Shown piece after piece: positions 1 to 12,968 of a stretch of DNA of 64,000 nucleotides (within the stretch, counting starts at the first letter, position 1; the number at the start of each line of letters is the position of its first letter). The notes beneath the pieces were generated by a model. That model made no database searches. It saw only the letters and a program-made list of their open reading frames with translations, and was not told where the DNA came from. A program made the position numbers and the translations under genes. The stretch comes from Eledone cirrhosa (taxonomy: Eukaryota): contig OZ024743.1 of assembly GCA_964016885.1 (NCBI GenBank), positions 231,260,001-231,324,000 of the forward strand, read 5' to 3'.

Positions 1-563
1 TCTGGATATCGGTGAGCATGTCCAGCTAACCTCAGTCTCCTCTGTGTCACTTTTAAGCTGACTTTTGGGATGCTCCCATACAGCTCTGAGTTTTTTATCC
101 TCAGTGTATACTGATTAATGTTCAGAGCCATCCTCAGCATTCTCGAGTAGCAACCATACACCATCTGAGTGAGTTTCTTGGTCAGTGTCCAAGTTTCAGA
201 CCCATACAGCAGCACAGACTCCACTACAGCAATGAAGATCGGATTTTCAGGTATCTACGAAGGTCCGACTTGCACACAGATCTCAAGCTGTGGCACGCCG
301 CCCAGGCCTTGCTCTTCCTCTCAACCACATCATCTTCCGTATTCCCAATCTTTGCTCCCAAATACAGGAAGTCCTCAACCAATTCCAGCGGCTTCCCGCC
401 TGCATTAGTGATCCCCTCTGGCTTCTCAACATTCTCTACCAGTTATTTTGTTTTAGTCTCATTCATTCTCAGCCTCACACTTATCGACACTGTCTCAACC
501 TCTCGCATCAAATCCTCCACCTCCTTCACTGTATTTGTCACCAAAACTATGTCGTCGGCAAAT
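1..563 (-). mobile_element. LINE (RTE/L2-like) reverse transcriptase fragment, degraded
   Basis: Minus strand reads FADDIV (~545-563) and VESVLLYGSETWTLT (~180-228), typical non-LTR RT motifs; cut by (TA)n. Confidence 0.75.
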
Positions 564-595
<32 letters not shown>

Positions 596-959
596 CACAC
601 ATATATATATATATACGTAGATATATACACACACACACATATATATATATATATACGTAGATAAATACACACAGACACACACATACACACATATATATAT
701 ATATATAGATATATGCGTACACACATGCATACATGTATTCAAACAAACACACGGGTAGATATGAGTATATACACGTATCTACATTGTTCTTATGCATAAA
801 TCTTTATTCTTCCACGTTGAAACAAATAAACGCATATTAAAATTCCAAGTCAGGAATTATTTCAGAGAAAGTAACCCTGGCGAATAAAAAAAATTCAATG
901 ACAAACTTAATACTATAATATATAAGTAAACACACACACAGATATTTGTGTATCTATAT

Positions 960-1001
<42 letters not shown>

Positions 1002-1155
1002 AGAGAGACAGAGAAAAGGACAGAAAGTGGAAAGAGCGAGACAGAGAGAATGAGAGGTACTTTGTTTTTGATCGTAGAATGAAGGCGTTCACGCAGGGAA
1101 TAAATTATTGAGTACTTCAATACTCGAAGGAATACAACGCTCTCTGCAAGTAATG

Positions 1156-1229
<74 letters not shown>

Positions 1230-1244
1230 TATATATATATACAT

Positions 1245-1308
<64 letters not shown>

Positions 1309-1378
1309 TGTGTCTCTGTATGTGTGTGTATACATATGTATATGTAATATAAATATACCTATATTACATACATATCAC

Positions 1379-1427
<49 letters not shown>

Positions 1428-1537
1428 CATATTATATATACATATAAATAATATAGATAGACATATGTATATATGTATATACATTTGTATATATACACAA
1501 ATACACATATATTTATATACATATATATACTCACATA

Positions 1538-1620
<83 letters not shown>

Positions 1621-3161
1621 ATATATAAATATTATACATATATATATCTATATATTGCGATATTTATATATATACAAGCACACACTTAAACATATACGCA
1701 GCAGATCTCACACACATATGTTTCTATTTGAGTGTGTAAGTTTCACGGGCTTATATATAATCTCGCGTATATTCTCATATTGAAGTTTTATCCAAGAAAT
1801 TCGATAGCGCAATGGAGTGTGCAAAAGGTTTATCTCTGTCGAAGTCGAAAGTAGTATATAATAAGTTCGCGTGAAAACGATTATCGACAAGCGTGGAAAG
1901 GATAAATTTCGATTGAAATGAAGTGTTAAATGTTAGTTGCTTAAATTTACTTACTCTGGCTCAAATAAATAGCAGTTTGTCGTGACCGTTGTGAGATTGA
2001 ATTTCATTCCGTGAACAGAGATATAAAGAAAAACAGAGGACACATTTAAAGCATGAATTATAGAAGTAATGGAGGGGAAGAAGAAGCAGTAACAAAATGT
2101 GCTGTGATGATGTTGCTGTGATGGTGTTCTCCCATCTGATGTGATGTATACCAAATTTTCTGAAACTTTCGGCGGTAATAGTCTGTGAAATCGGCCAGTA
2201 ATTTGGTGGTTTGCAATGCCAAGATAAAACACAAGCATACACAAACACACAAGGATACACACAGAAAAACATGTACAGACACATACAGGTGTGTAGAAGC
2301 ACAAGCATAAACTTGGCTAAAACGGACACACATACACACTCTTGTCTATATTTATGTTGTTCTGAGCTTGTTTTTTGTGTGTGTGTAAGGATAAAGTGTG
2401 ATATGTGTATTGATGAATATATATTAGTAATGGGTGGTGTGAGAGTTATTACTTTCTGGTACTTTGTGTGTTTGCCAGCATTCTGAAATGATAGTAATAG
2501 TAATTACATAGTGACATAAACTGCGGATTCAGTTCGATTCTAGGCTGAATCATATTTATTTCCTTACTTCTTCATTGAATAGCTCATGTGAGTTTATCAT
2601 GGCTATCTGTTTGTTGATTTGTTATGTATATATTTCTTGAAGGCTCATTGTCATTTCCACGTCAGACTAACGTAGAATCATATAGCTGGTTTCTTTACCA
2701 AGTTTAAAAACGGTATACAACTCGAATTTCCATCCATTCAAAATAACCAAAGTAGGAGTGTATTATCCACCGTATAAGCACAGTGGATATTATAAAGCTA
2801 ATTATTCCATGACCGAATGAAAAATAATGATATATTCATGACATCTTCAATCAGTGAGCTGGGACTAAAACAACCATAGACTTGGGCGAGTTTCTATATG
2901 GTCAACACATACTGCACAAACTTCTTTAATATTTCTTTTAATGTTTAATACAATACGAACAAAATATTACTAAATATTTTGTAGCGAAATAAAGAAAATA
3001 TTGAGATCGCAACTATTGAAAATCAGTTAGAGGTTCATTAATATCAAATAAGAAAAATATATCTTCACATAGTTAGCTTTCGTAGTTATGATGTGTGTGT
3101 CGACGATGTTTGTTGAAAAAGTTCAAACCACATAACTATATAATCATTCTTTTGTTAGTAG

Positions 3162-3263
<102 letters not shown>

Positions 3264-3289
3264 TATATAGAGAGAGAGAGAGCGAGAGA

Positions 3290-3400
3290 GAAAAGAATGA
3301 AACGAAATTTCATTTCTCACTTTTAGTACGGCTGACACCTAAATATAAGTATGTATACGTACATACATATATGTGTACAGACGTACAGTAGTATGTATAT
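3290..3400 (-). repeat. Diverged partial copy of the 510-bp HHR tandem unit
   Basis: gaaacgaaatttcatttctcac...tagtacggc...cagacgtacagtag matches 19770-19870; the ribozyme part is absent. Confidence 0.8.
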
Positions 3401-3521
3401 ATATACATACATGCACATATATATATATATATATATATGTACGTATGGGTTTACCGAACATTTATTATAACTTTGGTTGTAGAGATATATGTATGTACGT
3501 ATACATACTTATATATATATA

Positions 3522-3872
3522 TATAGTGAAAGAATGAAGAGTAACATAGTTGGCTGTACAACAAGGTGCTTTATTTCAGGTATTAACAATTGTTTCATTG
3601 ATCAGGTGAATCCAGAAGCCGCTAGACTCACCTGATAAATGAAACAATTGTTAATACCTGAAATAAAGCTCCTTGTTGTATAGCCAACCATGTTACTCTT
3701 CATTCTTTCACTATTATTACTCCAAGTATAACCTACATAGGAATTACCGCGAATTCGCTGCCTAACTATGGAAACATCTTGGTGAGTCAAACAAAGCCGT
3801 ACGTTAAAACTATCCATGACGCAGAGTACTCTCAACCTCTAACTGGAGTACCTATAACGATAACTTGTTTCC

Positions 3873-3876
<4 letters not shown>
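3522..3876 (+). mobile_element. Foldback mini-element family B (probable PLE terminus derivative)
   Basis: ~95-bp inverted arms (3525-3615 / 3622-3712) plus a ~165-bp tail, between (TA)n tracts; second copy at 39292-39790. Confidence 0.75.
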
Positions 3877-3950
<74 letters not shown>

Positions 3951-3953
<3 letters not shown>

Positions 3954-4090
3954 AACGAGTAGGACCCCGACGACTGAGCTCAAGCCGTTTCGACGGCTAA
4001 TTCTGGCCTTACCCACGCTACTACCCTTAGTATTGAGTACTTTGTTGCGTTATGGTCCGTCTGCTGGTTCCTTACCACATTTCCTTCGTT
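3951..4090. mobile_element. Family A mini-element (PLE pLTR fragment with 3' half of an HHR)
   Basis: Inverted gaccccgac...gagctcaagccgtttcgacggcta joined to the pLTR tail; homologous to 18165-18300. Confidence 0.8.
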
Positions 4091-4097
4091 ATATATA

Positions 4098-4158
<61 letters not shown>

Positions 4159-4199
4159 AGAGAGAGAAGAAGAGATAGGCGATACATATAGTTATTTGC

Positions 4200-6540
4200 C
4201 AATATCATATGCAAATGTGCTCAATACGTGTGCCTGTTCTGTTAAATATTGGAAGTGTTAATATGTAGCCGGCGAGAATATAAGCAGAGCGGATACACGT
4301 GAAAAAATATATAAAGGAGAACAAACCGTTAAAACATGTTTATTTAAAACACCACCCACGTACGTTTCGCCCGATTCTGCTCTGCTGTTGATGAGCTCAG
4401 GGGGGTGCCGTTATGATATGGTAAAGCTCCATGAGGCAAACCTCGCACTTCCTCTTGAAATAGTACGGTACGGCTCTGCCGACAATTTCCCAGTGTGTGG
4501 AGAAGCTGATGTTTGAGTATTTTAATGCTGTGATGTAATTGGCGAGCGAAGTGGAGTGTTTTAGTTTTTGTTTGTGAAAGAGTGGAGATGCGTTTGAAAT
4601 CTATTTTTGAGCGGGCCAGAGGTGGCCCTTATATAATGCTTAACGCTATTATGGCTAGTTATCGTGCACCTATAAATAACCTTATCTGTCAGGGAATTTC
4701 TCCTAAGGGGGCAGCGTCCCCTGTCACGACAGTTGCATTTTCGGTCGCAGCCACTTCTAGTTCCCGAGGTAAGGCTATTATTATTCATATCTATGTTGTT
4801 ACCCACGCCTCTATCCACGTTAGCACTATTATATCCCACGGCGTGCGGAGTAGTATCATTATCACCCCGCACGCAACAGCCCCTTTTTTTGTCATCGTGT
4901 GACCCGTACGGGTCACCAGCATATTCCCCATTCATGTCGCAGTTGTGTTGGTTGCGTCTGTTGTGGCTGTTGCCAGCACTATTGGGTGTTGCTAGGGAGA
5001 CGTTAAGGCCGTTATGGTTATTGTCAGTTCTAGGTGTATCGGTGTTCAGGTGCTGTGTTTTTTTTATCTTACTATGATTAGTTGTTCCTATAATGTCTGC
5101 TAGGTTAGGAGTAATAGAGAGGGATACTTTAATATTGTTCCTATTGAGGATTTTCCTATATTTATGGTTGGGTGGGAAGTTCTTCTCTAACGCTTCGAAG
5201 AATATCCGGGGTACGTCGGAAACCACACTCCGAGAGTAGGAAGGATGGAATCTTAGGACGTTACTGTGGCGGTTCCGTGTATGTGTAGGTTTTCTCTTGG
5301 TTGTGCTTTCTTGGTGATCGTTCTTATGCATGTTATTGTGCTGTATCCAGTTATGTGTCCCTTTGGCTTTATGCTCGGGTGCACTCGGCTTCCTTCTGCT
5401 GCGTTTATGTGTAGCAAGACGCTGGTTGGAAGGCGTTGGTAGTAGACCATCGCCATTGCTGATCTTATAATAGGGGAATAATTCTAGTAGGCTACAGCGG
5501 TCACCGTCACCAGTGTCGTGATCCTTATTGTGCCGTAGGTTTTCAACACCATCACTCGTGTAATTAACGTCGTGGCCGTGTTCCTTAGTGCGATTCTCTA
5601 TACTATAATTCCTGACTCTGTCTAAACCGCTGCGTGCTCGGTTATAGGTATGGCTTATTATAACGGTAGTCATATCAGGGGGTGGTTTCTAGAGCTAGCG
5701 TTGGAGATGTAAGAGATTCTTCGGTTAAAACCGGCACTTAGCAAGGCCTTATTGTAGTATTCTGCCACTTGGTTGAAGATTTCCTCGTTGGCGGAGAGCC
5801 TCGAGATCCTATGTGAAATGCTATAAACTATGGAGTTGAGAGTAGGCTTAGGGTGGTTTTAGGCATAATTAATATCAGATAGAATCTCTCCGGACTTATG
5901 GTATGGCTTTACAACCTGTTGGTTGAGGTCCATATTTACGGTTAGGCCCTATAACTTGAAGAACCTGTGTATGAGCTTGTTAAGGTTCTCTATCCTGCGG
6001 TGTCTATGCATTCTAACGGTAAAAAGGACGTAGTCCCTATATACACCTGCTTGTAGGGCCGGTATCTCGTCCCTAGTTCTGTGGAGGAGGTATATTCTGA
6101 TCAGGTCGGTTGCTTGCGCCGAGTCACTGGACCACATCGTGATATCGAAGTTATCAGGACGGTCAGTTCTGGTCCAGTGGGAGCTTTCGAACTGGATAAT
6201 TGTTCTACGCGCCGCTAGTACTATATCTATCACTTATTTAGTGAGGCTAGTATTAGACTTAGCTAATAAGTAGTAACGGGTAACAAATAGCTTGGGTAAC
6301 ACTGCTCTAACACCGACTAGAGGTATCTCCCCTGATCTACTTCAAACACAATACATGTGCTGTACGAAGAATGAACTGTGATGTGAATTTATCTTTAAAA
6401 CCCCTTCTGGGTCACGTAAGGAAAACTCTTTAGTTTTTTTATGCCCTTGAGAAGCCCTTTTCAGGCGAAATGTACGTAGGTGCTGTTTTAAATAAACATG
6501 TTTTAACAGTTTGTTCTCCTTTATATATTTTTTCACGTAT
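4200..6540 (-). mobile_element. Penelope-like element, 5'-truncated and decayed, with inverted terminal copy
   Basis: ORF 4561-5673 has CNCRDRGRCPL and GIY-YIG-like VIYRCTIT...HYIRAT...RFQTH; RT remnant GVYRDY in ORF 5949-6233; 4296-4371 is inverted at 6464-6538. Confidence 0.85.
6445..6480 (+). ncRNA. Degenerate minimal hammerhead ribozyme, U3-A8 core variant
   Basis: cc TTGAGAA gcc-cttttca-ggc GAAA tgtacg TA gg; stem I is only 2 bp. Confidence 0.5.
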
Positions 6541-6554
6541 ATATAATATATATA

Positions 6555-7105
6555 TAGTGGTAGTATGGACGAGACAAGAGACGAAATCCTTCATCAGCTG
6601 TAAACCGAGATCATAGATGTTTCGGCGCTTAATACAGGACGTCTAAAAGCGATCAGCGGCGCGCCCAAGGATTTTATCGATCACCTTGATTGAGATGGCA
6701 CGGTACTACTGGGCTCCTGTTATCGCACCCCCAGACTTAAGTCTCATCGGTTCGCTATAACTTATTCTATTCTATTTTTTCCTCGGTTACTCACTTGCAT
6801 TTTCCATTGTCCTACCACCCTCCCTACCATTTGGTCTTTTTACCTGTTTTCTCTCTTTCTTCGTCTCTCACTACTTTTCCACTTTTTCTTCTTCTTCTTT
6901 TTGCTTTTCTTCGCCCCCCCCCCCCCCCGGCCTTTTGATCGATAAAAGGCCTTGGGCTGATGCTTTTAGATTTCCTGTATTAAGCGCCGAAGAATCTATG
7001 AACTTGAGTTTACAGCTGATGAACGCTTTCTTCTCTTGTTTTGTCGTCCATACTACGATCTTCAACTTTGTTTACAGTAATCACACAGCTCATTTCGTTT
7101 CTTAT
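6555..7105. repeat. Foldback element family D
   Basis: 6560-6683 is inverted at 6937-7057 (diverged), with a short tail; TA-flanked. Confidence 0.7.
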
Positions 7106-8329
7106 ATATATGTACATATAGTTCCTTATAGCTGCAGCTAATTTGCGTGCAGTTTCGTATATTATTGTGGTATTGCAGTCGTGTTGCAGTTTGCTCAACA
7201 TGATGGTGCAGCACCCAGTCGGAAATATGCATGTGAGGCAATAACATAACAAAGAAGGAATAGGGAAATGTAAGGGTGTATCTTGACCAAAACTGTGGCA
7301 AGTATGAACAAATTACGTTTAGAAAAGAAAAACATTTATATTTATAAGATTTGGCGTTTTTGGAATGCTTTAAGAGAAAAGTAAAAATTTTAAACAGGTG
7401 TCATGAAGAATATTAGCTGTCCTCTCATTCTGTAAAACATTCAATTTATCGTTTTATTGTTTTCTCCTACTAATTCTCAGTAGCACTTGTATTAGTAATC
7501 AGATACGTTTTCTCTGCACAGGAAGAATTTTAATGATAACCAGTAAATTCTCCATTCCCGAAATTTATGTATTAGAGCTGACATTCTGTAATACAGAATA
7601 TATCAATGGATATTCGTGCCTTCAATATTATTAAAATATCCTCTAGCCATTCATTAATATCTTAACTGTTATGACAATATTGTATATGTCTTAAATATCG
7701 TTCAAATCATTTAACTAATATGTCATTTGTACAAACATATTCATCACGCGACAATCAACAATATTAAAATATTTCTATCTGATATGGTGTTTGAATTCTA
7801 TTCATATGAAGTTCAGAAGGTACTATGTATCATTCTATTATACTACGCAAAGATCATTTTGTTGACATATTTACTACTAATGTCTCAATATAGTAAATAC
7901 TATCGTTACTTCAATTCTACAAATCCTTCAACTCCTGTCATTTAAACTACGGTTAAAATATTTGGAGTGCCGTCTTCGTTATTTAAACCTGGCCATCTAT
8001 TTCTACGTGTGGTAACAAACGATTTCTTCCAGATAAGAGAAATAGTCTGAAAGGAGGGGAGACGGAATCGAATTCAATACAAAAATGATACTTCATTTAG
8101 GAAATAATGCAAGGCTGAGTGGACATCTAAGAGATGTTAAGTCAAAGGAAGAGAGCTGAAAATATTTCCGCAAATTCGACGTTCTGATGAATCTGCTAGA
8201 TGTTCACACAATACTTCAAATAAAGGATTTCGTTGTGTATATAAAACGTAATTAAAGAAATAAAACTGTCTTGAGATGCGTACAGGAAAATTGAAGGGAG
8301 ATTACACTTAAATCTTTTTTCAATTAATA

Positions 8330-9125
8330 ATTTACTATCAGATTTCTGAACATAACATTTCGTAAACTTTTGTCAGAACTACAGAACTAACAGTCTAGTT
8401 AGCCATCCCAGCAACGTACTTCCAAGAGTTCTTTGAAAAAGACTTCAGGAAGAAGCAGAAATAATTTTGACAGACGAACAGGCAGGATTCAGGCTCAAAA
8501 GTTGTATAACGGAGTAGACTTTTAACATCAGTATGAGCAACACCTGCAGCACCAATATATCATTAGGTAATTGACTTTAAGAAAGGCTCTGAGCGTGTAT
8601 GGCATGAGGATGTGTGTAAGGGTATGAAGCGTTACAACTTTTATATGAAGCTCGTTCAAGTAGTTAAAACACTAATTGACAACTCAAACTATACAGGTTC
8701 TTGGATCCTTTGCATGGGTGTGAGAATTGAATTCTCACAGCTGACATGGAACGAAAAGCCAGTCTTTCAAGCATGCGTGCTTTAGACGATTGCTACACAA
8801 CCCATAACCAGAGCACAAAACGGTCAGCTTTGCTAAGCAACAAAGTAATAAATATTATAGCAGAAAGGATCCACTCATGACGATGGCGAAAAGACGGAGG
8901 TATGGACATATAACCCACCACAACTCATTGCCCAAAACATTATTCAGAATACAGTCGAGGGAGGGCGAAGTAGAGGCAGACAAAAAATTCTTGGTCCGAC
9001 AACATCAAAGAGAGGACTGGTCACACCACCGAGATCCTTTTACGCATGACAGAGAATAGAGACAACTGGCGTCGATTGAATGCAAAGGACTCTAGAGTGA
9101 CATCCCTGCGACTGGCTGCACCAGT
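8330..9125 (+). mobile_element. LINE RT fragment, decayed and internally deleted
   Basis: LVSHPSNV, DEQAGFR, DFKK..ERVWH and C-terminal YGHIT motifs. Confidence 0.7.
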
Positions 9126-9149
9126 TACAGACAGAAACATACTATATTT

Positions 9150-9345
9150 ATATAGTATAAGAATAAAAGAACAAAGAGTCAGCGTTGCGTCATAACATAT
9201 TCAATAACATATATGTTATTTAAATATGTTATGATCCAACACTGATTCTTTGTTCCATTATTCTTAAACTATTATACTCTGCTGTGCGCGAGCATCGAGT
9301 GATGCATCCAGCATACAGCCTTAGGATGCAATTTTCTTGCACCTA
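9150..9345. repeat. Foldback element family F
   Basis: Near spacer-less palindrome centred at ~9211 (arms ~60 bp) plus a ~70-bp tail ending at TA repeats. Confidence 0.7.
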
Positions 9346-9389
9346 TACACCTATATATATACATATATACATATATATCAAGATTAAAT

Positions 9390-9485
9390 CAATATTGAAC
9401 CAGTTATACCATTATTCAACAGAGTACTCGATACTTGGGTTGGCAGGGTGTGAACTCATGCCGTTTGGACAGCTAGTTCCAGACT
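9390..9485 (-). mobile_element. Diverged family A pLTR fragment
   Basis: gaaccag...agagtactcgatacttggg...acagctagttccagact resembles 15195-15313; similar fragment at 11225-11360. Confidence 0.55.
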
Positions 9486-10168
9486 TTTTGCCCTGTTAGT
9501 CAGGCTTCTGCATGTGGGGACGCCTTTAATAGAATTAAGCGCCCTATCTTAAGTGTTTCTCGAACAAATATATTTTTCGTTCATGTTTCGGTTGCATACA
9601 CATACATTTAAATTATACACGTATGAATATACATATATATGCATATATTTGTATATGTGTGACTATCTTTGTGTGTGCGTGTGATTATGTGTATGCATGT
9701 GCATTCATGGATTTAAAATGGAAAATTCTCAGGTTCCTCTTACTCTAGATCATCCTCATATATAAGCACACGCCTGTAAATGTATAAACTCACATTTATA
9801 CAACTTAAGAAGCATGTCAATGACACGGAAATCTCAAGTGTCACATCCGGTGTGAAATCCACTTCCGTAAAATCCACCCTTGGAAAGCGTTTTCCAGGCA
9901 ATTCCTATCCTAAGATCATTTACCGCTGTTTTTTGTGTCGCTGAATGATGGATATTAGTTCTTTTCTCTGTCTTTTATAGTATTAAACTAAAAGACGGCA
10001 CCGAATGTCTACTACATTGCTGATCTCCAGAAGAAGAAAGATTGGCCTATAGATTGACTGACTCGCTCTCTCTCCCTCTGCCTCTCTCTCTCTATCTCTC
10101 TCTCTCTCCCTCTGTCTCTTCCCCCTCTATCTCTCTATTTCTCTCTCTCTCCCCCTCTCTCTCTCTCT

Positions 10169-10236
<68 letters not shown>

Positions 10237-10269
10237 CGAGAGAGTCTAATGTCTATCTTAAGCCTAACA

Positions 10270-10495
10270 TTTGGCCGGTGCTTATCCAGGTATCATGGAG
10301 TGGAGCAGCTGAGAAAGGACTCCAGTCTATCGCAAATTTAAACCAATGGCTATTTTTGGTACTCATTTTCAACTGAGTATACTGGAGCTACGGGAAATGA
10401 AGTGTTTTGCGCAAGAACACAACGCGCAACCCATGAATCGAACCCACGACATTATTATCGTACATTCAACACCCTTACTCCTAGCCCCTGTGCCT

Positions 10496-10497
<2 letters not shown>
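10270..10497 (-). mobile_element. Old tRNA-derived SINE
   Basis: Minus strand has B-box-like ggttcgattc followed by gcgcgttgtgttcttgcgcaaaacacttcat, as in the SINEs at 37190 and 52290. Confidence 0.55.
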
Positions 10498-10554
<57 letters not shown>

Positions 10555-10614
10555 CACGCACACACACGCACACACATACACACATACACACACACAGACA
10601 AATATATGTATATA

Positions 10615-11206
10615 TATATATATATAAAAGCAAGTCGGTCTGTGCGTGTGTGTATGTGTGTCTGTCTCTGTACAAATACTAGGCTCCTTATAACTTTTGA
10701 AGTACTAAGCCGATTTCAACCAAATTTGGCACACATGTTGCTTATATGCCACAGCAGGTTTTGGCTATTGGGGTCGAAAAATCGATTTTGTGTGTGTATC
10801 TGTCTGTGTACAAATACTAGGCTCCTTTTAACTCTTTTGAAGTACTAGGCCGATTTGCTTCAAGGAATGATATTTCTATGTCCAGTGGATGGTCAACGTG
10901 ATAGTGGCAGCGTCATCTTACGCGTAGGGTTTAGTCTACTGAAGGACATACGGTGCGTCTATTCCATCTTTATCCCCTTACTAATACCTACTAGAGCAAA
11001 GCCGGACCTGAAATCATTCACTCAAGCTACCCCATGAATTGTTTTTTATGTTGCCGTTTATTTCACTCAATCATGTCACTGTACACCCATTTTGTTAAAC
11101 TTTCTTTTACAATTACATTTCAATTCTTTGCTCAACCTTTGGCTCTCTTTATACGGACAAATAGTCTGTCATTCATTTCCCGAGCAACGCCGGGTACATC
11201 AGCTAG
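10615..11206 (+). mobile_element. Non-autonomous Helitron-like element
   Basis: 3' hairpin cccgagcaacgccggg then CTAG|T; 5' end lies in TA repeat (tataaaagc); internal ~55-bp duplication. Confidence 0.7.
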
Positions 11207-12350
11207 TATATATATAAATTAGGGTGGATTCACTTAGAAACCGGTTAGAACATTACTCCCCACAGTATTCAATACTTGGGGGTAGTAAAGTATGGTTATA
11301 TCATAAAGGGTCGTGGCCCCGACGGCTGAGATCTTGCCTTTTCCACAGCTAGTTCCAGACTATATATTCATGTATGTATGTGTATATTGGTACGTAGTCG
11401 GGGATTGTATAATTAAGACTGACTTAGTTTGAACTCAAATATATCTTAAACTAAGCAAAGTTCTTCTCGAACAAATAAGCATTCATTCGAACTCATTCAC
11501 TAAACACATATAATCACACACATTTTCGTAATCCATGTCCCAAACCTCATGAGGAAACATCCACTAACTACCATTTACTCATATGGGGAAGATGTACACG
11601 ATTATGCTGCAGCTGACCTCTTACTCTAGTAAAAGTAGTTTTTAATATAATAATCTGCACAGTCTACGGCTCAATTAAGTACTTGGCATAGAAATCAAAC
11701 GTAAACAGTACAGCCATTAGAAAGTACCAGCAACCTATATCCCTACAAAACTCTCTTCAATTATAGGCACAAACCGACGTGAGCCTACCGCTCAACTAAC
11801 AGAACCCGAACTGACCCAACCGCCATCCTACAGTCAAGCAGCAATCGAATGGAAAACATAACCTACGACACTGAAAGAGCAGAATCCAATAAATGGCCGA
11901 ATATATATGACTATAGCCAGAATTAGAGAATGCGTAATAAAGGGAAATTAATATTAACAGATTGAAATAATTGAATACAACACGCAAGTGTAAACTCTCC
12001 CTATTCCGAATATTACATAAAACATAAACAGGCACATACATACATGTAAATATGCATATAAACGATAATGACATTTTGTCCTAACATTATGTACAGTAAC
12101 AGATACTATTTGAGATTAATTTGATTGTTACCTCTCATGTTTAAAGCAGTAGCAAAGAGCCTATCATATTGTCACGCTGTCTTTGAGGGTAAATATTGTT
12201 TAACTTGGTTTAAATTGATAATAATAATTTCAATTTATTAAATTGTCATAAAAATGAGAAAATATATTTCTTAAAAAAATTGAATATAATATGCGTCTGT
12301 TTAGATATTAGTAGAAATTTATCCATCTCTTACATCTCTCTCTCTCTATC

Positions 12351-12403
<53 letters not shown>

Positions 12404-12623
12404 CGTTTCTGAATTTGTTTAGCAAGATTCTTTATCTGAAATCGTGTGTTGAAACCGATATTGTTATACTTTGGGAGGGTCATGTTGCCAATAAGAAACA
12501 CACGCACCAGTTGCTTTCACTTCAATTTATTATATATTTATAAATTTATAAATTTACAAATTTACAAACCTATAAATTTCTGGTTGGTTGGTTGGTTCCA
12601 CAACCAGATAGTTGTTTATATAT

Positions 12624-12668
12624 AGTCATAGTCCTTTCGTCACACACTCTGTGACCTCTTCAGTGACT
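12624..12668 (-). ncRNA. Minimal type I hammerhead ribozyme in PLE 3' terminus
   Basis: agtca CTGAAGA g gtcaca-gagtg-tgtgac GAAA ggac TA tgact; mutated inverted copy (G12A) at 14868-14911 (+). Confidence 0.75.
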
Positions 12669-12968
12669 GGGGATTTCTTTCTTTGTTTCTGTGCCTTTCC
12701 TTTCTTCTATCCTACGCCATTTTGTTTCTGTGTGTGTGTTGTGTGCTCAGTTTGCGCATGCGCCACATCCGGGTGTCTGTGTGTGTTTGTGTTCATTTAT
12801 CTATTTGTTTATTTATTTATTTATTTATTGTTGGTTGGTTGTTTGTTCTATGTGTGTATGTGTTTTCATTTTGTCCTGTGTGTGTTTTCATTTGTCCTTA
12901 ATTGTAAGTTGTTTGTTCTATGTGTGTGTGTGTTTTCATTTTGTCCTGTGTGTGTTTTCATTTTATCC

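Noticed and set aside
6560-7057. CTGATGA and GAAA motifs in foldback D as a hammerhead
   Set aside because: Motif order and pairing do not yield stems I-III with a valid UH site.
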